Below, one piece after another: positions 54,740 through 64,000 of a DNA stretch of 64,000 bases (position 1 is the stretch's first letter; each line of letters begins with the position of its first letter). Origin of the DNA: Octopus sinensis (lineage: Eukaryota); assembly GCF_006345805.1 (NCBI RefSeq), contig NC_043008.1, positions 69,688,001-69,752,000 on the forward strand, given 5' to 3'. The notes beneath the pieces are model-generated. The model saw only the letters and a program-made list of their open reading frames with translations. It did not search any database and was not told the origin of the DNA. A program made the position numbers and the translations under genes.

Positions 54740-54777
<38 letters not shown>

Positions 54778-54980
54778 GCTACTGCAACTGCTACTGCTGC
54801 TGCTGCTGCCAAAACACCAAGATGGTCCAACAGAGTCCAGAAGACACCAGTAGAATTTAGTATGTATGATAGAACACACTAGTCATCTATAAAGAATTTT
54901 GTAGTACATTGTAATAGGCACTGAAGACCTTGTACTAATACATATATAGATATATACATATATACATGTGTGTGCATATG

Positions 54981-55021
<41 letters not shown>

Positions 55022-55248
55022 CAACTAGCACTAAGATGAGGGAGTCAAAATACATTTTTTAAAAAATGTTTGCGTTGATATTCCTAAATACCAAATTTTG
55101 GGCTCCTGAAGAAAATGTTTTTTTCTTTTACATGATATAATTGATTGGCACCTTGGGCAAGTGTCTTCTACTATAGCCTCAGGCCGACCAGAGCCTTGTG
55201 AGTGGATTTCATTCATGGAAACTGAATGAAGTCCGTCATATATATTTA

Positions 55249-55287
<39 letters not shown>

Positions 55288-55914
55288 TGTGTGTGTATAT
55301 GTTTATGTGTCTGTGTTTGGCCCCTCAACATCGCTCGACAACTGATGCTGGTGTGTTTACATCCCCGTAACTTAGCGGTTCGGCAAAAGCGACTGATAGA
55401 ATAAGTACTAGGCTTACAAAGTCCTGGTGTCAGTTTGCTCGATGAAAGGTGGTGCTCCAGCATGGCCACTGTCAAAAGACTGAAACAAGTAAAAGAGTAA
55501 AAGAGTGAAAAGTGTAAAAGAAAAATATGTCTGAAACAGCTGTAGTGAACTTCAGCCCGTTTGCATTATCATATATATATATCTAAATAGCATCCAATAC
55601 ATTCTGTTGTTGGATTTAGGAGGGGCATCTAATCACAGGAATCATGCAGAATCTGACACTAAAGATTGTTGCTGTCCTCTGGCTTGCCAGCATGGAAATC
55701 AGATATCAAAAAATGAGGATGATGAAGATGCATATATGTGTGTATGTATGTATGCATGTATATATACATATACTTATTTATTCATTTGTTTATTTATTAA
55801 TATATATTAGTGACAGAGACAGTTTTAATACCAAGATGTAATATTTATCCCTACTTAAACATGAATGTTGTTAGAACAAACTGTACTGCATTAGTTACCA
55901 TGAAAGAAACCCTC

Positions 55915-55988
55915 ATATTAGCTTTTGGTGCAAAATGCACTCTTATTCATATTGCTAGCAGAGTGCATTGTGCACCAAAAGCCAATAT
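55915..55988. other. 74-nt hairpin: 29-bp arms, 2 mismatches, 16-nt loop
   Basis: 55915-55943 versus 55960-55988 read directly. Confidence 0.9.
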
Positions 55989-55994
55989 ACTCTT

Positions 55995-56402
55995 TACCCT
56001 TTTTACTTGTTTCAGTCATTTGACTGCGGCCATACTGGAGCACCACCTTTAGTCAAGCAAATCGACCCCCAGGACTTATTCTTTGTAAGCCTAGTACTTA
56101 TTCTTTCAGTCTCTTTTGCCGAACCGCTAAGGTACAGGGCATAAACACACCAGCATCGGTTGTCAGGCAATGTTGGGGGGGGGGACAAACACAGACATAC
56201 AAACACACACACATATATATATACATATACATTTATACAATGGGCTTCTTTCAGTTTCCATCTACCAAATCCACTCACAAGGCTTTGGTCGGCCCGAGGC
56301 TATAGTAGAAGACACTTGCCCAAGGTGCCACACAGTGGGACTGAACCTGGAACCATGTGGTTGGTAAACAAGCTACTTATCACACATCCACTCCTGCGCC
56401 TA
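55995..56402 (-). mobile_element. SINE family A, full length
   Basis: Colinear with family A. Confidence 0.92.
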
Positions 56403-56803
56403 TGAGAGTTTCTCATATGGTAAGAGTATAGTTTGTTCTGACAGAACATCCACATTTAAGTGGGTATGTGTGTATGTATGTACATAACTGGTACACAAAA
56501 AGATGCCAACACACTCCAACAGACACACCGGAACTCACCAGCAACATACCAGTGGATATTGATATATAGACCGACAGACATACCAATACTTGTAGATGCT
56601 GACATGTACAATCAGATATTGGTACATACATCACCAACACATCAACAATACACCAGCACATTGTAGTAACACACCAGAACATTGCAAAGATACATGACAA
56701 ATATCGCAGGAAATATTAATGAACACCAACAACATCATACTAGTAGATATCTGTACATATACATATATGGAGCTACAAACAAGTGGTTAAAAGGTTGCAG
56801 GAA

Positions 56804-56902
56804 AGAATCACAAGACAGCTTCTTCAAGCTGAGCCAACTGAAGGAGACTTAATGGGTAGACCAAGGATGAGATGGCTGGATATTGTTTCAGATTCCATCT
56901 AA
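56804..56902 (+). pseudogene. RTE-clade LINE ORF C-terminal fragment
   Basis: RITRQLLQAEPTEGDLMGRPRMRWLDIV. Confidence 0.65.
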
Positions 56903-57100
56903 AAAGTCTAATGACAATTGCTTCTGATGAGAAGGAACTCTATCTCTATCTCCAGGAATAGTGGGTAGAGAAGATGAGCGTCCAATAATACTATATTTGT
57001 TCCACATCCTCGCGTTGTTGTGTTTTCTCTTGGTGTTTTCATGTTTGGATTAAATATATATATATATATATAATATATATGTGTGTGTGTGCGTCTTGTG

Positions 57101-57144
<44 letters not shown>

Positions 57145-58028
57145 TAATAACAGCTATAAGGAGGTGCTTTTTCTACTCACCAAAGTGAATGGAACTTTGG
57201 CCAGGAAGAACCAATGTCATCAGATGGTATCTAACATTCATTGGGTTTTTTGACCCTGAACCGTAACACCTTCCTATAGGTGGGTCAGTAGACATGGCCA
57301 AATCACTACTCCTCACCCCTTCCTGGCTTTCAGCTTAACTCCTCTTTCTTGCTCTAAAGCTAACAAGAAGCTCTTTCAGCTGCCTCTCCCATCCTGCACA
57401 CAGTCCTTCTTTCCTCTCATCCTCTATGCCTTCCTGTGAGTGTCCTCCATGCTGACTGACCAGGGAACCCCATCCCCTACAGCCACCCTCGACTGGGAAA
57501 AACCATATATATAAAAGGTAAACACAAATGGTATTTAAAATCTACAGTGACTGTTTCAATAGAATTTTATTCATCTAATGCAGTCATAAACGATTACATG
57601 CATTATAATATGTAACCCCCCAATATCAGGTAAAATTGTAAACAGGTAAGGTTTTGAACATTGACCTAGGTATAGTCAACATTTAAATAAATAAAATTCT
57701 ACAGAAACATCTATCACAAATTTTAAATGCCATTTTCATTTACTCTTTGTACCTACACCACACCAAGGACCCACCCTTGAGTCAGATCTATGATTTGAGT
57801 TGAATTTGGTACTTGCATATCTATGGTAACCTCCCAACACTTGATCTATTCAATGTTGTTTATTTCAATGTGAGCTGTATGTTATTGTACCTAGCCATTT
57901 CTGGCATCCTACAAGTTGATATGCCTTGATTCTCATGAATTCATATAACAAAATTATAATGAAAATTAAGAAAACAGGGATATAGGATTTAATAAAAATT
58001 TATTATCTGCAAAAATCCAACATAATCT

Positions 58029-58106
58029 CTTACAGCTGTTTCAATTAAGCCTAAAGATTAAAATAGCAATTATTAAATCATTATATTAGGCAAAATCTCA
58101 TCAGAG
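58029..58106 (-). ncRNA. HHR-like motif with extended stem II
   Basis: CU-CUGAUGA-GAUU..GCCUAA(..)UUAGGC..AAUU-GAAAC-AGCU-GUA-AG; stem I only 2 bp. Confidence 0.5.
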
Positions 58107-58922
58107 GCATAGAAAGAAGATATATTGTTAAGTTATTAGGTGTTATGTTTTAGAATCATCTCAGCAGTATTTGTATGAATGATACATTGACCAACTAGCC
58201 AATAGCTGCCAACGACCACATGCAGAAACTAGTAGATGCTAACACATACCAATAGACACTAGTACTCAAGCATCACCAACAACACACCAGCATGGCAAAC
58301 ACCAGGTACCAATATACATTGGTACATACACCAATGGGCATACAATAGATACTAGTGGGCACTAATGCACTTACAATATGCCAATGCATTTGTTTATGCC
58401 AGTAAGCACCAATAACATACCACTAACACACCAGTACACACCAATAACACACAAATACACACTAATATACATCAGCAGACACTAACATACCAATCACACA
58501 TTGGTAAATACTGGTACACACTAATAAAGACATCAGTGACACACCAACACCTACAAACATAAACAGAATACCCAACACTGAAAAGCATGTCAGTATGCAC
58601 AAGGACATAATGTCACAGACCAATGACCACAAACGTATACCAAAACATACACAAAAACACACCAATACATGTCAATATATACAGCAACTCACACACACAC
58701 ACACACACATGCACACACTAATGATTTACAAACATATACAGACCAGAACACATTAAGATGCCACTAACACACACCAGAACATATTAATGACCCACCACCC
58801 AGAATACATTAATGACACACTAACACACATACACACACACATCATAGCACACATACACACCAGAAAACACATACATATACACACCAGAATACATCAATGA
58901 GCTTCTTATACACACGAACATA

Positions 58923-60476
58923 AACCCAGAACCATGCTAATAGCTTAAGAGTGAAATTTAGGATTTCTCAGTTTTCTGTGAATTGATTTTGATAAAACTT
59001 TCCCCAGCTGGTTCATACACTATGGCAACATCATTGTTATGTTTCCATTATTCTGTGTAATGTCCTTTCTTTTTTATTTCAGATTTTTCAGTTTTTGGGT
59101 GAACCATGCTAATAGCTTTTGAGTGAAAATAGTCCATCTAGACATTTTTTTTTTCAGAAAATTAAAGGTAATTATACATATTAAGCAAACATTGAGAATA
59201 GATTTAACAGAAAACCATAATAATATTATAATATTTATTGACATAATGAATTATTTAACTACATGTGTGCCATTTCAATAGATAATTTCAAAAACTTTAT
59301 TAGTCATGGATCTGTCAATTTGTTAATTGTAGCAGGTTGGACTACTTCTGCTGCAGCTTTGATGGTCACCCATAAGAGATCTTTTGATGTAAATTGGCGT
59401 CCATTGGCATAAACATCTTCTTTAATGATGGGCCAAATATTTATGCTAGGGTTGAGATATGGAGACGCTGGCACCCACACCATCAGCCTTTCCCCTTGTA
59501 TGCCATAAGACCCTAGTAATGTTTGGGTGGTCCTAGGAGAGTGGGAGGGAGCGTTGTCATGCATGAATATGAGATTCCTTAGAAGTGACAGTGGTATGTC
59601 ATCTAGCCAGAGATCCAAGATCTCCTTCAGGAGATTGCAGTAGTTGGCTGCGGTCACTTTAACACCTTCAGGCACCCTGACTGGGCCAACAAGTCTGTCC
59701 TCAATAATACCAGCCTACAACATGACTCCTCCACCCTGTTGTTGACATGGTAAACATTGTTGATGCTCATCTCCAAAATATAACCAACCATTTGTCCAAC
59801 TGTTAAGGGTTGCCCTGGTTTTGTCAGTGAACAGAGCACAACTCATGTCTAATGTCATGTACTTTTGGGTCCATTGAAGCCTCAAATTCCTGTGATGGGG
59901 TATAAAGGAGGTAGATTCAGGGATTCTTGCATGGAAGCCATGGTCATAACAATGTGATTTCTAGTGGTTTTCAGTACATGAGGAAGTCCGGAGGTGGTGA
60001 AAATGGTTTTGCTTGTTTGTCCAGGTTTCCCATGTAACTTGCAGCCAATATTCCTTAAATCACTAGTTGTTACAGTCTTGAAGGCCCCACGATCAGATCG
60101 TTTTTTCCTTGATGAAGGGTCTTTCAGGAATCGTCAAACCATCTCCACATGGCAACCTAACTTCTCTGCAATGATATGAAGAGAGGTGCATTTAGGCCTT
60201 TCCTTGATGACAGCAGACTATTTTTCATAGTTAAAGCCTTTTCCCATTGTTCTTTTCCCATTGTTCTTAGAGAGGAGGGATGCTATTAGCGTGGTTCACC
60301 CAAAAACTGAAGAATCTGAAGTAAAAAAAAAGAAAGAACATTAAACAGAATAATGAAAACATAACAATGGTGCTGCCATAGTATACAAACCAGGGAAAAA
60401 GTTTATCAAAATCAATTCATAGAAAACCGAGAAATCCTAAATTTCACTCCTAAGCTATTAAGCATGGTTCTGGGTG
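58923..60476 (-). mobile_element. Full-length Tc1-like transposon, DD37E (TRT-like) spacing, ~194-bp IR/DR TIRs, TA TSDs; transposase inactivated
   Basis: TA at 58921-22 and 60477-78; TIRs 58923-59116 and 60282-60476, each with two AACCATGCTAATAGC-type repeats; LFTDKTRATL, QQGGGVML*AGI, FMHDNAPSH and SPYLNPSINIW, with 37 aa from the second D to the (mutated) E position. Confidence 0.92.
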
Positions 60477-61017
60477 TATACATACATCAAGGAGCCACCG
60501 ACACATACGTACAATGCATAAACACACACACGACAAAACATATCATTGAGCTATCGAAACACATGCACACACTAAGGAACCACCACCAAAACACATACGC
60601 ACACATTCACACACACACTGCCGTTAACCAAATCCAGAGAAGCTTTAAAGAACTGTATGAGGAACTACTTAAGCAAATATTATCTATGAAATTGGAACCA
60701 GCACTTCTATATTTTGTAAATTTGCCTCAAGACCAACTCATTGCACATTATATCTCTTGTATCAAGTTGTTTTTTTCACTGATATTCTCTGTATTTAAAA
60801 AACAAGAACCGAAGAACTTGAAATGGAGAATGTCCTTAACATTTTCAAAAATTTTCATTGATATATTTTCTCTTTTTTTTTTTTATAGATCCTTATTGTC
60901 TTTCCTCAATTTATTGCATCTTTCCTTCTTGCTTGCTTTCTTCATTCTTTTTCCTTTTTTGCTCTCTTTCAATTCCTTCTCTCCCAATTCCTTCTAGCAA
61001 GTACCAACTGAACAAAT

Positions 61018-61048
<31 letters not shown>

Positions 61049-61593
61049 GCTTACTCCTTCTCTTGTTTGTTTGTTCACTCACCCTCTTCTCTTTTATCTG
61101 ATATCAAATATGTTTTTTATTTTTGTTTTGTTAATTATTATTATTTTTGTGGGTTTCTTTACACTCATTCTTAACTAATAGCATAACGTTTCAAAAAGTC
61201 CGTAGAGAGCTATTGTGCAGAGTTGGAGACAGTGAGTTAGAGATTGACAGAAATAGCGAAAGAAACAGAAAGACAGAGAAATATAAATACAAATATAAAT
61301 ATTTGATAAAAGAGAAAAAAAACAAATAAACGTAAATCTTACACATTTAAAATGAGAAGTGTGTACCTAAGAATTTGTTGTGAGAATTGGCAGCAGAATT
61401 ATAGTTTGTACTTAATGTTTTGAGATCAACAGATATGATTCAACTTGTGATTAACAGATACGATGGCAGCTAAGTAAATATAAAAGATGTGGAAGTAACT
61501 AATAGCCATCGTCAATGGTATTTTTATATTGTCATTTTTAAATTTGCAATTTTGTTACCAGTAACTATAAATGAAGCAGTTCAGTAGGATACT

Positions 61594-61665
61594 ATATGAT
61601 TAGTTGATGGGGTACCATATGATTAGTTGATGGGGTACCATATCATCAATGTATAGGGTACCATA
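61594..61665. repeat. 23-bp minisatellite (2 perfect and 1-2 degenerate units)
   Basis: ATATGATTAGTTGATGGGGTACC x2, then GGGTACCATAT remnants. Confidence 0.85.
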
Positions 61666-61867
61666 TGGTCACCTGATAGGACAGCAGTCTTGTGGAAGTT
61701 TCTATAAGATTATTCAACATGCTGGTAATACTAGCACCAAGGTTCCTCTTAAAACACACTCTCCTCACTAGGCTTACAAATAATAAGTCCCGGGGTTGAT
61801 TTGCTCGACTAAAAGCGGTGCTCCAGCATGGCCGCAGTCAAATGACTGAAACAAGTAAAAGAGTATC

Positions 61868-62970
61868 CCAGGCAAGATACTGAGCAGCATTTCGTCCATC
61901 TTTATATTCTCAGTTCAAATTCTGTCATGGTTGACTGCCTTTCATGCTTTCCGGTTTGATAAAATAAGTATCGGTTGAGCACTGAGTATCGATGTATCCC
62001 ATCCCAACAAACTTGCTGCCTTTGTGTCAAAATTGGAAACCATTATTATTATTATTATTATTATTATTGTTATTATTATTATTGAGTGAGAGAACAGTTC
62101 ATGCCATCAAAGTGACACTGGGGTAAAATATACGAAACCCAATATACCCATCATGACTACCCGTCTGATAAGGGTACACCAGGCACATGCATCACAACCA
62201 CATGTGCACGACATGGTGATCTCACATCAAGATAAACAGCACATGACCTTGCAGGTGGGGCCCAGTTAGAATTTTCTTCTGGTCGAAGGGCAGCAAGTTG
62301 GCAGAATTGTTAGCACAGTGGGTGAGATGCTAAGCGATATTTTGTCAGTTACTACATTTTGAGTTCAAATTCCACTGAGGTCAGCTTTGCCTTTCATCCT
62401 TTCGGGGTCGATAAATTAAGTACTAGCTGAGTAGTGGGGTCGATATAATTGACTTAACCCCTCCGCCCAAATTTCAGGCCTTGTGCCTATAGTTGAAAGG
62501 ATTATTATTATCATTATTATTATTATTATTATTATTATATTATTATTATTATGGTGGCAAGCCGGCAGAATCGTTAGCATGCCAGGTAAAATGCTTACTG
62601 GCATTTTGTCTGTCTTTACATTCAGAGATCAAATTCTGCTGAGGTCAACTTTGCTTTTCATCTTTTAGAGTCTATAAAATAAGTACCAGCTGAGCACTGG
62701 GGTTGATGTAAGCGACTTACCCCTGCCCCAAAATTGCTGGCCTTGTGCCAAAATCATTGACAGTGAGCTGGCAGGATTGTTAGCACACCAGGCAAGATAG
62801 TTAGCAGCATTTCATCTGTCTTTATATTCTGAGTTCAAATCCCGCCAAGGTCAACTTTTACCTTTCATCCTTTTGGGGTCAATAAAATAAGTGCCAGTTG
62901 AACACCGAGGTCAATGTAATTGGCTTACTACATCCCCTGAACTTGCTGGCCTTGTGCCAAAATTTGAAAT
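61868..62970 (+). mobile_element. Cluster of four same-strand SINE D copies (61868-62041, 62288-62500, 62553-62755, 62761-62970) with a family E fragment (62084-62286, minus) inserted
   Basis: Each copy is colinear with the family D consensus; separated by (ATT)n or abutting. Confidence 0.85.
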
Positions 62971-63677
62971 CCTCCTCATCATCATCATCATTATTACATC
63001 TTTTATTTGCCACAAGAGCAATGGATAATAACATTAATCATTATAATAATAGAATTACATCATATCTATAATTTAAAATGGTAAAATTCTTCCAAGGAAA
63101 CCTGAATCCTCAAAGCATCTGCTTCTTGTTAACATCTTCAGCCACAATCAAACATATTTTTTTTCATCCAAATTCAATTTTAATGAATTTTCTTTCTTTC
63201 TTTTTCGTTTTCTCTGTTTGTGAATATGATATTCCTTTTTTTTTGCTCAGAAGAAAATAATAATAATAATAATAATAATAATACAAATCATCATCATCAT
63301 CATCATTATTATTGTTATTATTATTATTATTATTATAATTATTTTTATTTGCTAAGAAATTTTTCCCTCTTGGTTCATTCATGTTTAAAGCTTATGGTAG
63401 AATAGGCATTTATGTTTGTCTTTTGTGGTTGGTAATTTCCTTTTTTTGGCCACTAGGCAGGCTGTTGGGTAGGTTGGCATGTGTGCAGGTTGGTGTAAGG
63501 AGAGCATTGGTTATTGTTGTTGTTGGATAGAGTGGGATCAGGTAGAGTAAAGAAAAACTAGATACTATAGCAAAGAGAGTAACAACAACAACAACAATTG
63601 TAGCAACAACTATCACTACAAGAAACGACCGTAATATTTCTTCTGTCTTGAAAGTGTGCATTGATATATATACATAT

Positions 63678-63755
<78 letters not shown>

Positions 63756-64000
63756 ATATACACACACAAACACACATATATATGTATACACACACACACT
63801 CACATATATACATATACATAGATATATAGGTATGTATATATATATGTATATGTATATAGATATATGTATGTGTATACATATACATGTATATATATACATA
63901 CAAATACATATATATACGTATACATATGTGTATATATATACAAATATGCATATATACATACATATATGTATATATATATGTATATACACACACATATATA

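Noticed and set aside
56924-56975. CTGATGA next to an HHR-family tail
   Set aside because: No downstream GAAA or stems; the tail copy is 5'-truncated.

Overview
AT-rich eukaryotic DNA, very dense in microsatellites and transposable elements, with a 100-N scaffold gap at 39530-39629. The repeat families (tRNA-derived SINEs with internal microsatellites, RTE and Dong/R4 LINE ends, Tc1/mariner relics) point to an Octopus genome; this is my inference from recognising the families. No complete protein-coding gene is supportable. Nearly all ORFs in the supplied track are microsatellite artefacts; the recognisable coding relics are transposase and LINE fragments, plus a few candidate exons. The most striking unexplained layer is a set of short elements, mostly ending in (TA)n, that carry type-I hammerhead-ribozyme (HHR) motifs with palindromic stem III. 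They belong to several sequence families and are often arranged as inverted repeats. Other highlights: a 255-bp near-perfect palindrome, a ~550-bp element that sits in (AAT)n tracts, a full-length DD37E (TRT-like) Tc1 with ~194-bp IR/DR ends, and a sharp switch in CpG decay across the gap. Coordinates were counted by eye; repeat boundaries are approximate.
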